From Chloroherpeton thalassium (GTDB lineage: Bacteria; Bacteroidota; Ignavibacteria; Kapaibacteriales; UBA2268), in the NCBI GenBank assembly GCA_020720105.1, contig DYPF01000006.1, positions 1 through 40,413 on the forward strand: a stretch of 40,413 nt of DNA, in the 5' to 3' direction. Positions within the stretch are counted from its first letter, which is position 1; each line of letters starts with the position of its first letter. Below, in pieces: positions 18,253-26,634 of this stretch. The translations under genes and the position numbers were made by a program. Below the pieces are notes generated by a model that was not told the origin of the DNA, ran no database searches, and saw nothing but the letters and a program-made list of their open reading frames with translations.

Positions 18253-19752
18253 ATGACTGTTGATAGTGTCTTTTTAAATAATCTAAACGCAAGTATTGGA
18301 TTATTTACACCCGAAATAACTTTAGTTGCTACATTCTTGTTTGCGATAATTTTTGATTTGATTTTTAAGAATATTAAAAATATCTCAGCTTATATTTCTA
18401 TTATTGGATTAGTAATTACAGGTTTTTTACTTGCTTTTAATGGAAATGTCTCACAGTCAATTTTTAATGGATTATTGGTTGTTGATCCTTATTCTAATTT
18501 CTTTAAGTATATTACTTTAATCACTACTATAATAATTTCCTTAATGTCATTTTCTTACAAAGATTTGTACAGTAATGGAAGAAAAGTAGGCGAGTATTAC
18601 TCAATGTTAGTCGGAATGACTTTTGGAATGTTTATTCTTTCATCTGCAATTAACTTAATTTCCATTTATCTTGCTGTAGAAATCCTTAGCTTAAGTTCCT
18701 ATGTTCTTGCTGGTTACACCAAAGATAGTTTGAAATCAAATGAAGCTTCCCTTAAATATGTGATTTATGGTTCTTTATCATCTGGAATAATGATTTATGG
18801 TATGTCAATTTTATTTGGTATTACCAAATCATTAGATGTAAGTGCAATTAATGCTTTATTAGCTACTGGCACTATTGATTTCTTCCCAATAATAGTTGCT
18901 TCGTTGATGATTCTTGCTGGATTTGGCTATAAAATTTCTGCTGTACCTTTTCATTATTGGACACCAGATGTTTATGAAGGTGCTCCAATTACAATTACTT
19001 CTTTCCTATCAGTTGCTTCCAAAGCTGCTGGTTTTGCAGTATTTGTGAGATTCTTCAAAGATGTTTTCTTTGTTGCAATACCTGATAATCCAGAAATATG
19101 GGCAAGTTTCGAATTTGCAAATTGGCAAACTATTCTTGCTATTCTTTCAGTTCTAACTATGACTTTAGGAAATTTTGTTGCTTTACTTCAAGAAAATGTT
19201 AAAAGGTTATTAGCATATTCATCTATTGCTCACGCTGGATATTTACTAATGGGAGCAACTGTAATGACCGATGCTGGTATTACAGCAATTCTTCTTTACT
19301 TTGTCTTCTATTTGATTATGAATTTGGGAGCCTTTTTTATCGCTCAACTTATTCTTAATGAAACTGGAAGTGAAAACTTAGAAGATTATTATGGTCTTGG
19401 TTCTCGTTCGCCTGTACTTGCAGTATTGATGACAATTTTCTTAGCTTCATTAACAGGATTGCCACCAACAGCTGGATTTATTGGTAAACTTTATATCTTT
19501 GGAGCTGTATTGGACAAAGGTTTAATATGGCTTGCTGTAGTTGGTGTGCTTAATAGTGTGGTTTCTTTATTTTACTATTGGAAAATTGCAAGAAATATGT
19601 TTTTACGACAAGGAACAAAAACTGATAAATTCAGCGAATCTCCTTATAATTTATCAATAGCTTATGTTCTTGCCATATTAACTATTTTCTTTGGATTATT
19701 CTTTTCACCAGTATTTGAATTCGCAAAACATTCGGTTACGATGTTTAGATAA
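18253..19752 (+). CDS. nuoN: NADH-quinone oxidoreductase subunit N
   Basis: ND2 pattern (VPFHYWTPDVYEGAPITITSFLS) and last gene of the operon. ATG 18253 is preferred to the TTG at 18229. Confidence 0.88.
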   Translation: MTVDSVFLNNLNASIGLFTPEITLVATFLFAIIFDLIFKNIKNISAYISIIGLVITGFLLAFNGNVSQSIFNGLLVVDPYSNFFKYITLITTIIISLMSFSYKDLYSNGRKVGEYYSMLVGMTFGMFILSSAINLISIYLAVEILSLSSYVLAGYTKDSLKSNEASLKYVIYGSLSSGIMIYGMSILFGITKSLDVSAINALLATGTIDFFPIIVASLMILAGFGYKISAVPFHYWTPDVYEGAPITITSFLSVASKAAGFAVFVRFFKDVFFVAIPDNPEIWASFEFANWQTILAILSVLTMTLGNFVALLQENVKRLLAYSSIAHAGYLLMGATVMTDAGITAILLYFVFYLIMNLGAFFIAQLILNETGSENLEDYYGLGSRSPVLAVLMTIFLASLTGLPPTAGFIGKLYIFGAVLDKGLIWLAVVGVLNSVVSLFYYWKIARNMFLRQGTKTDKFSESPYNLSIAYVLAILTIFFGLFFSPVFEFAKHSVTMFR

Positions 19753-19782
19753 TCATAAAAACAATTTTATTATCTTTATAAG

Positions 19783-19810
19783 CCTCACTTTTATAGTGAG
19801 GTTTTTTTTT
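19783..19810 (+). terminator. Rho-independent terminator of the nuo operon
   Basis: CCTCAC (19783-19788) pairs with GTGAGG (19796-19801) and is followed by a 9-T run (19802-19810). Confidence 0.8.
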
Positions 19811-19959
19811 ACAATTTTATCTAATTAAATTCTTCTATTAAGAAAATAAAATTATCTAAATTAGAATTAAAATAAATTTAGAATAATTATAATAAAGTTT
19901 AATTTTATTCGTTTTTGAATATACATTTTTTTAATAATTAAATAAAAAAGGTAAATATT

Positions 19960-20667
19960 ATGGAACAACAAGTTTATTCAATGCCAAGAATTGGTGACAA
20001 AGCACCAGAATTTAAAGCTATTACAACACAAGGTGAAATCAATTTTCCTGCTGATTACAAAGGTTCATGGGTAATTTTATTCAGCCATCCAGCTGATTTT
20101 ACTCCCGTTTGTACATCAGAATTTATGACATTCGCTTCTATGGAAAAGCAATTCAACGAAGCAAACACAAAATTAATTGGTTTGTCAGTTGATGGTTTAT
20201 ATAGCCATATAGCTTGGTTAAGAACTATCAAAGAAAAGATTGAGTACAAAGGTATGAAGAATGTTGAAGTAACTTTTCCATTGATTGAAGATATCACAAT
20301 GGAAGTTGCTCAAAAGTACGGAATGATGATGCCAGGTGAAAGCAATACTAAAGCAGTGCGTGCTGTATTTGTTATTGACCCACAAGGAGTAATCAGAACT
20401 ATTATTTACTATCCTTTAAGCTTGGGTCGTAACTTTGATGAATTATATCGCGTAATTCTTGCTTTGCAGACTGCTGACGAGTTCAAAATTGCTACTCCTG
20501 CAGATTGGAGACCAGGTGATGATGTAATCATTTCTCCAGCTGGTAATTGTGGAACAGCCAAAGATAGAATGGACGGAAAAGAAGAAGGATTAGATTGCAA
20601 AGATTGGTTCTTCTGTACAAAGAAAATTGACAAAGATACTGTTTTAAACAAAATCATTAAAAAGTAA
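19960..20667 (+). CDS. Peroxiredoxin (Prx6/archaeal-type, thiol peroxidase)
   Basis: Peroxidatic Cys motif HPADFTPVCTSEF and a C-terminal Cys pair (CKDWFFC). Confidence 0.85.
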   Translation: MEQQVYSMPRIGDKAPEFKAITTQGEINFPADYKGSWVILFSHPADFTPVCTSEFMTFASMEKQFNEANTKLIGLSVDGLYSHIAWLRTIKEKIEYKGMKNVEVTFPLIEDITMEVAQKYGMMMPGESNTKAVRAVFVIDPQGVIRTIIYYPLSLGRNFDELYRVILALQTADEFKIATPADWRPGDDVIISPAGNCGTAKDRMDGKEEGLDCKDWFFCTKKIDKDTVLNKIIKK

Positions 20668-20681
20668 TTTTCATAAATCGC

Positions 20682-20830
20682 AAAAAAAAATGGAGTCTGT
20701 CTCATAAGTCAGTTTTGGTGTCATTCCCACGAAAGTGGGAATCCATAAATCCTCTATAGTAGTGGATTCCCGTTTGCACGGGAATGACAATTCTGTAATA
20801 TTTTTGACTTATGAGACAGACTCTTTTTTT
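20682..20830. terminator. Bidirectional terminator formed by the composite palindromic element between the convergent prx and ribH genes
   Basis: A-run (20682-20690), then a 19-bp perfect long-range stem (20693-20711 with 20805-20823), then a T-run (20824-20830). Confidence 0.6.
20692..20823. repeat. Nested palindromic intergenic element (GTCATTC...GAATGAC family), copy B with an extra 19-bp outer stem
   Basis: Core GTCATTCCC (20720-20728) pairs with GGGAATGAC (20780-20788). Alternative local hairpins are ATTCCCAC-GAAA-GTGGGAAT and ATTCCCG-TTTGCA-CGGGAAT, with a central GGAATCC...GGATTCC. The outer stem is GAGTCTGTCTCATAAGTCA with TGACTTATGAGACAGACTC. Confidence 0.75.
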
Positions 20831-20844
20831 AATAATATATCAAA

Positions 20845-21309
20845 TCAAATTTGCTCTAATAACGAAACCATTTCCATAGCAGTCATAGCAGCATCAAAAC
20901 CCTTATTTCCACCCTTAGATCCAGCTCTCTCAATGGATTGCTCGATGTTATCTGTAGTTAAAATTCCGAATACAACTGGTATGCCTGTCTCAAGGTTTAC
21001 TTGTGCAATTCCTTTTGATACTTCGTTAGCAACATAATCAAAGTGAGGAGTATCACCTTTTATTACTGTACCAAGGGCTATAACCGATGTATATTTTTTA
21101 CTTTGAGCTAATTTCTTAGTTATCAAGGGAATTTCGTAAGCTCCTGGGACATAAACTATTTCAATATTTTCTTCAGTGGCATTATGTCGATATAATGCAT
21201 CTAATGCACCATCTAATAATTTATTTGTAATAAAATTGTTAAATCTGGATACCACAATGGCAAATTTTTTATTACTTGCATCGTATTTTCCTTCAATAAT
21301 TTTTGGCAT
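20845..21309 (-). CDS. ribH: 6,7-dimethyl-8-ribityllumazine synthase
   Basis: Typical 154-aa RibH pattern ([33 protein letters not shown]). Confidence 0.9.
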   Translation of the reverse strand: MPKIIEGKYDASNKKFAIVVSRFNNFITNKLLDGALDALYRHNATEENIEIVYVPGAYEIPLITKKLAQSKKYTSVIALGTVIKGDTPHFDYVANEVSKGIAQVNLETGIPVVFGILTTDNIEQSIERAGSKGGNKGFDAAMTAMEMVSLLEQI

Positions 21310-21332
21310 TAAATTAGTCCTTTTTAGAAATT

Positions 21333-21340
21333 CAAAATTA
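21333..21340 (-). promoter_or_regulatory. -7 promoter box TAATTTTG (minus strand) for ribH
   Basis: Forward CAAAATTA, with 23 nt between the box and the ribH start (21309). Confidence 0.45.
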
Positions 21341-21368
21341 ACTACTTTATTTGAATTAACCTTAATTT

Positions 21369-23624
21369 TTATTTTTCTTTAGTAATTTTCTTAAATACTT
21401 TTCTTAATGATTTATAAAGAGATTTGGTATTATCTGCAATTAAATCAACATCTGAAAGAATTGTGAAGTATAAAAGATTTCGCTTAATTGGCTTAGGTGA
21501 AACTTTTACTCTTTCCAATTGAATTTTATTATATTGCTCAACAAGCTTTTTGAAGTTACCAATCTTCTCGTCTATTTCTGCTTCTTCGTATTGTGCAACA
21601 TTATTAATAACATCAATAATGTTATCACTAAGTTTATTCAATTCTGTAATGATAGTTTCGATTTCAACTACTTGCTCATCACTCATTTGAGTATGTGAAT
21701 TTGCAACATAATAATAGTTTTGTTCGGTTAATAGTTGAATTCTATCAGCTAAATTCTGAAGATTAGACATTATTTTTGTACTATAATTCATAAATTCGTC
21801 CATTCTTTCATCAGGAACGTTCAATAAATTAACCATATTTATAGAGAGAACACTTAATTCCTTGCTTGTATCACGAGATTCATATCGTATTTTTCTTAAT
21901 TTCAAAACATCATTATGAATTAATCTATCCAAAGACTGGGACATTGTATTCATATTTTTATGAAGATAATTTGCAATCTGTGATAGTAATTCTTGATAAT
22001 AATTGGAATTCATTTCTTTGGAATTAAACACATATACTTTTTCCATCTCTTCGGATTTTTTTGCTCTAGATTTGTGCAGTACATTGCTTCTCCAGAAAAG
22101 AGCAATTAAAACTCCCATTGAAATAAATACTCCAACCGAACCTGTATTAATTAAAAACAACGCAATTAAGAAAGCAATTATTACGGCAAATAATGCTGTC
22201 ATAAACCAACCACCAACAACTGTAATTACTCCAGAAACACGATACACAGCACTTTCGCGTCCCCAAGCTTTATCGGGCAAAGCAGCAGACATAGCAGCAA
22301 TAAATGTAATGTATGTAGTTGATAATGGCAATTTAAATGCAGTGCCAAGCGAGATCAGGGCAGAAGAAATTGCTAAAATAACCGTAGCTCTAACAATATC
22401 AAATGAACTTCTTTCTCCATTCTCATCAACTTCTGAATTGAAATCATTAGTATCAAATTGTTTACGGATAAATATTTGAATTGATTCGGGAGTTATTCGC
22501 TTTAGAAAATCTATAATAATTATTGATATTGAAACTAATCCGCGTGCTAATGCATTTGATTGGAATCTTTCGTAACCTTCTGATTGTCTACCAAGTGATA
22601 TTTCAGTTTTAGTTACTGTTCTTGCTTTTTTGGAAAAGAAAAGTGTAGCAAACATTATTGCACCAGCTAACAATAAAAATAGGAAATGCGGTTTTAATGT
22701 ACTATTCCCAAGTTCTCCCATTAAGATACCAAATGGATTGTCTGCTGCATGTGCAATATTATAAGCATCAAGCCCAGCCAAAGGAACACCAACAAAATTA
22801 ACTAAATCATTGGCAGCAAAACTCATAGCTAAAGCAAAAGTACCAAATAATACTACAAACTTTAATATATCATACTTAAATAAACTAATTATCAATTGGA
22901 AAATTACAGTTAAGAATACAAATGAAATTCCCATCAAATAAAGAATGTTATTATTAATAAATGTAATAGTATCTTTCGTTACAAAAGGTGCATTTTTCAA
23001 ACCTTTAATCAGAACAAAATAACTCATAAAAATAAAGGCAATGCTACCAAACATTGCCCCAAAATATTTCATTTTTGGTTTGTAATTAAATGAAAAAATT
23101 ATTCTGGCAATATATTGAACTAAGAATCCAAAAACAAACGCAAATATTATCGATACAATAATTGAGATAAATATCGAGGTTACTTTTGCAACATTGATGT
23201 AATTGCCAAGTTCTGCAAAATTTCCTGTTGTTTGAACAATTTTATACACGGCTACACCTAAGGCTGCTCCAAGTAAATCGGATATAATTGAAACTGTTGT
23301 AGAAGTCGGCAAGCCATAAGTGTTGTAAAAATCAAGTAGAATTACATCTGCAACCATAGCGGATAGTAGGATAACCATAACTTCTTCAAACTTGAAGTAA
23401 GCAGGATTAAACACACCTTTACGGGCGATTTCCATCATACCACCAGAATAAAGAACGCCGAGAAGCACACCTAAACCAGCAACAATCATAATTGTTCTAA
23501 ACTTGGCAACACGAGAGCCAATTGCTGAATTTGTGAAATTTACAGCATCGTTTGCAACACCTATTGATAAATCGATTAATCCGAGTAAAATCAAAAAGAT
23601 GAGGATAATGAATTGAATTTCCAT
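21369..23624 (-). CDS. PiT-family inorganic phosphate transporter with a roughly 225-aa cytoplasmic helical C-terminal extension
   Basis: PHO4 signature ([16 protein letters not shown], with a second copy [14 protein letters not shown]), many TM segments, and a helical non-membrane tail after ...[11 protein letters not shown]. Confidence 0.8.
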   Translation of the reverse strand: MEIQFIILIFLILLGLIDLSIGVANDAVNFTNSAIGSRVAKFRTIMIVAGLGVLLGVLYSGGMMEIARKGVFNPAYFKFEEVMVILLSAMVADVILLDFYNTYGLPTSTTVSIISDLLGAALGVAVYKIVQTTGNFAELGNYINVAKVTSIFISIIVSIIFAFVFGFLVQYIARIIFSFNYKPKMKYFGAMFGSIAFIFMSYFVLIKGLKNAPFVTKDTITFINNNILYLMGISFVFLTVIFQLIISLFKYDILKFVVLFGTFALAMSFAANDLVNFVGVPLAGLDAYNIAHAADNPFGILMGELGNSTLKPHFLFLLLAGAIMFATLFFSKKARTVTKTEISLGRQSEGYERFQSNALARGLVSISIIIIDFLKRITPESIQIFIRKQFDTNDFNSEVDENGERSSFDIVRATVILAISSALISLGTAFKLPLSTTYITFIAAMSAALPDKAWGRESAVYRVSGVITVVGGWFMTALFAVIIAFLIALFLINTGSVGVFISMGVLIALFWRSNVLHKSRAKKSEEMEKVYVFNSKEMNSNYYQELLSQIANYLHKNMNTMSQSLDRLIHNDVLKLRKIRYESRDTSKELSVLSINMVNLLNVPDERMDEFMNYSTKIMSNLQNLADRIQLLTEQNYYYVANSHTQMSDEQVVEIETIITELNKLSDNIIDVINNVAQYEEAEIDEKIGNFKKLVEQYNKIQLERVKVSPKPIKRNLLYFTILSDVDLIADNTKSLYKSLRKVFKKITKEK

Positions 23625-23633
23625 AGAAAAACT

Positions 23634-23641
23634 TATTTTTG
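23634..23641 (+). promoter_or_regulatory. -7 promoter box TATTTTTG for the 23684 gene
   Basis: Perfect TAnnTTTG, with 42 nt between the box and the ATG at 23684. Confidence 0.4.
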
Positions 23642-23656
23642 TAAATAAAATATTTT

Positions 23657-23664
23657 CAAAATTA
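23657..23664 (-). promoter_or_regulatory. -7 promoter box TAATTTTG (minus strand) for the PiT gene
   Basis: Forward CAAAATTA, with 32 nt between the box and the start at 23624. Confidence 0.4.
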
Positions 23665-23683
23665 TTAATGAATTACAAATAAA

Positions 23684-24652
23684 ATGTTAATAAACCTTAA
23701 CACAAAACAAATTAAACTGCTTTTAACACTAAATAATATAAAATTAAGAAATTTCTACTTAATAATTCTATTTTTTGTTATTTCAAACAATTTTTTATTC
23801 TCCAAAGATATACTTGAAAAAATTGTGAAACTCAAATTTCAAGAAGTTATAATTCGATTAGATAATGGCGATGTTTTTAGTTGTGAATTATTAGATTATT
23901 CAGTAGAAAATGATTCAACGATAAAAATTGAAGTTCAAACTAAAATTGGAAAAACTACTATCTTTTCAAATGAAATTTTGGACATTATGCAGTATCAAGA
24001 TTATAATCGCCACTCTCATAGAATTTTTTTACTGCCAACGGCAGAACCAATTGCTAACAATTCATTTATTGGTAATTGGGAATTATTATTTTTCTATTTA
24101 GGAGTTGGTTTTAACGATTATATTTCAATTACTGCAGGTCGGTCATTTATTCCAACAGTAAGATATGAAGACCAAATTTCCGTCATCAATGCAAAAACAA
24201 CTGTGTTTTCGCAGAAATGGGAAGATATGCCAGGAAATATGTCTGTTGCTATTGGATACAATTATACCTTAATAAACGAGAAAAATAAGATTTCCAATAT
24301 TTATTCGGCTTTGACTTTCCGTACTGCAAAGTCTGTTCTAACTGCATCAGTTTTTACTAAACTCGGAAATGATGATTTTTACGAAGTTCGCTTGGAAAAC
24401 AACTTGACAAGTTTTGCTTACGAAAATGGCTCATTTGGAATTGCATTAGGTGTTGATACTCGATTCTCGACTACAAAAGATATTCATTTTATTGGTGAAT
24501 TTTGGAATAGCAATATTACAAAACCATCAAATTCTGGTGTTTTAGCCGGATTCAGAATAGGGAACACTAATCTCTCGGCAGATTTTGGAATTGCCATTTT
24601 CTCATCTCCTGTCTTTTTGCCTTTTACAAGTTTTTCTTGGACTCCATTTTAA
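23684..24652 (+). CDS. Hypothetical secreted protein, probable outer-membrane beta-barrel
   Basis: N-terminal hydrophobic signal (FYLIILFFVISNNFLFS), alternating aromatic/polar beta-strand pattern, and a C-terminal ...FSWTPF (terminal Phe typical of OMPs). No family recognised. Confidence 0.45.
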   Translation: MLINLNTKQIKLLLTLNNIKLRNFYLIILFFVISNNFLFSKDILEKIVKLKFQEVIIRLDNGDVFSCELLDYSVENDSTIKIEVQTKIGKTTIFSNEILDIMQYQDYNRHSHRIFLLPTAEPIANNSFIGNWELLFFYLGVGFNDYISITAGRSFIPTVRYEDQISVINAKTTVFSQKWEDMPGNMSVAIGYNYTLINEKNKISNIYSALTFRTAKSVLTASVFTKLGNDDFYEVRLENNLTSFAYENGSFGIALGVDTRFSTTKDIHFIGEFWNSNITKPSNSGVLAGFRIGNTNLSADFGIAIFSSPVFLPFTSFSWTPF

Positions 24653-24670
24653 TATCCATTTCAGTAATTT

Positions 24671-26632
24671 TTATAAATCAATTATTGCTTGGAGAATTAA
24701 TGAATTAGAATAATCTCTAAGAACTTCGTCATTCCCTGAACTTAAATGATCCACATTATTCTTAAATGTATTAGTATAAATTGTATAAATTTTGAATTTT
24801 TTCAATAAGTTATAATTTAAATAGACAACAATTCTATTTCCTTGTAAGTATGCAGGAAATGAATACATATTTCCTGGCATAAAATATTCATATTGCCAAA
24901 TAGCAGAATTATATGACTCGGTTGAATACATTGAATAACGGGAGCCAATAGTCCAATTCCAATTAGAATAGGATAATTCTAAAAAGCCTGCCAAGCCTGA
25001 TTCATCGGCTAAAAAACCTTTATTAGAAATATAAGAATATTCAGTTCGAACTCTCATTTTAAAATTTGAATTAATTTTGTAGAAAAATTCATTTCTTAAT
25101 CGGATATTATCTTTCGAATAATATTTGTCATCGTCATAGTTATTATATTTTTCAGTTTTGTTATCTATTTGAATTCGCAATGAATAAATCAAATTTCTAA
25201 TTTCACTATAATCAAATTGGCTGAAAGTAGAAAAACCAGTTGTTGGAATATCCAAATAATATGTTTTTCCGTAAGATTTAAAAAAATCAATAAAATTAGT
25301 GAAAGTATAATGCTTTGTTTTGTTATGTGTCCAAGCTAAGTATAAGCCTAATTCATTGGAAGGATAGGAAAACTCTCCGAAATGGCTACCATAAGGCGAA
25401 CGATAATGTTCGGAAAAACTTCGGAAATTTAAAGCAATTTTATTAGTTTTATTTGCAAATAAACCACCAAAAGTAATTGCTAAATTGTTCTTGCCATCAA
25501 AGGAGACTTCAGAACTTGTTGCAAAATTTTGTATTTGATAATTGCAAAATAGAGTTTTAAATAAATTATCTTTGCCATTAATAAATTTTGATGAACTTGT
25601 CTGAATATCTTTATTATTGTTTAACGAAAATAATCCAACTCCAATATTCAAATCATTTAAATCTAAACTCCAATTAATTGAATAACTTAATTCATTAAAA
25701 GTGTTTTTTTTTGCAATTTCAGATTCAGTCCGATATAGCCCTACATTATAAATTGAACTAATTGTTTCTCCTATTGAATCGAGTGTGCCAGAATAATTTT
25801 GAAATGAAACAAAACCACCAAGTTTATTGTTAATCCCTAAAAATGAAAATTGATAATCGGCGGCAACTCCCCGAAAAAACGAAAAATCTAATGAAGATTT
25901 ATAAGGTTTAGCTAATTGATTATTGCGAACAATAGGGGATATGTTGTTGATTCCTTTTCTATCTCCAAAAGATTTCCATAAAACATTTCCCATACCAAGT
26001 TGATATTCAAAATCACCAAGGATAATATTAAACTTATTTGGAGCTTTGTATTGAATAAATGCTGAATAGAAATCGACACTATTTACTTCGCCTTCATCTT
26101 TATCAAGCATAAAACCAGTATGGAAATTATCAAGATCTACTACACTTTTCCAATTATAATTAAACGGACTTCCCTTAAACTTATCTTTCTCGAACCCATA
26201 AATCGGGTCATCAGTATAAGTTGATTTGAACCGTGAGTAGTAATTTGACTTTTCAAATCTTTTTGTTTCCTGAATGTATGTGCAATAGTGCAAAATTATC
26301 ATTTGTTCGCCAATTAAATTCAAATCTTTGCTTAATTTTGCAATAGTATTATTTGGATTATTTTTAACATAATTGATAATTTTTTTGGAAATCAAAACAT
26401 CAAAATAGGGGAATTTTGTTAATTCATCAAGATTTGTACGATAAAGATTGATTTTGTTCTTTTGCCGATACTCTATATATTCTACTTGATCATCGGAATA
26501 TTCAAGAAATTCTACAGTTTCATTGATGTTCTTGGTCTCAGTGTCATTCGGGTCAATATCTTGCGAAACCACTTTGAGAGTTGCAAGATTTAACAAAATA
26601 AAAAATAAAAAATATGGGAAACTTTTAAGCAT
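24671..26632 (-). CDS. Hypothetical secreted protein: N-terminal ComEA-like helix-hairpin-helix region plus a large putative beta-barrel
   Basis: Signal peptide (FLFFILLNLATLKVVSQ). INLYRTNLDELTKFPYFDVLISKKIINYVKNNPNNTIAKLSKDLNLIGEQ follows the ComEA HhH pattern with GIG degenerated. The remaining roughly 520 aa are Tyr/Phe/Asn-rich with an alternating strand pattern. Confidence 0.45.
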   Translation of the reverse strand: MLKSFPYFLFFILLNLATLKVVSQDIDPNDTETKNINETVEFLEYSDDQVEYIEYRQKNKINLYRTNLDELTKFPYFDVLISKKIINYVKNNPNNTIAKLSKDLNLIGEQMIILHYCTYIQETKRFEKSNYYSRFKSTYTDDPIYGFEKDKFKGSPFNYNWKSVVDLDNFHTGFMLDKDEGEVNSVDFYSAFIQYKAPNKFNIILGDFEYQLGMGNVLWKSFGDRKGINNISPIVRNNQLAKPYKSSLDFSFFRGVAADYQFSFLGINNKLGGFVSFQNYSGTLDSIGETISSIYNVGLYRTESEIAKKNTFNELSYSINWSLDLNDLNIGVGLFSLNNNKDIQTSSSKFINGKDNLFKTLFCNYQIQNFATSSEVSFDGKNNLAITFGGLFANKTNKIALNFRSFSEHYRSPYGSHFGEFSYPSNELGLYLAWTHNKTKHYTFTNFIDFFKSYGKTYYLDIPTTGFSTFSQFDYSEIRNLIYSLRIQIDNKTEKYNNYDDDKYYSKDNIRLRNEFFYKINSNFKMRVRTEYSYISNKGFLADESGLAGFLELSYSNWNWTIGSRYSMYSTESYNSAIWQYEYFMPGNMYSFPAYLQGNRIVVYLNYNLLKKFKIYTIYTNTFKNNVDHLSSGNDEVLRDYSNSLILQAIIDL

Positions 26633-26634
26633 AT

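Noticed and set aside
19880-19900. PerR/Fur-like box (GAATAATTATAATAAAG) upstream of the peroxiredoxin.
   Set aside because: It is only a partial resemblance to the 7-1-7 TTATAAT-N-ATTATAA consensus, in a stretch of nearly pure A/T where such matches are expected by chance.
20735-21037. 100-aa plus-strand ORF starting in the prx-ribH intergenic region (MGIHKSSIVVDSRLHGNDN...).
   Set aside because: Its 5' part is a translation of the palindromic repeat element (the familiar RGND/GMT-type artefact peptides). The rest is antisense to the well-supported ribH gene.
21310-21368. Possible FMN riboswitch upstream of ribH.
   Set aside because: The intergenic region is only 59 nt and almost entirely A/T, far too short for the roughly 140-nt FMN aptamer.
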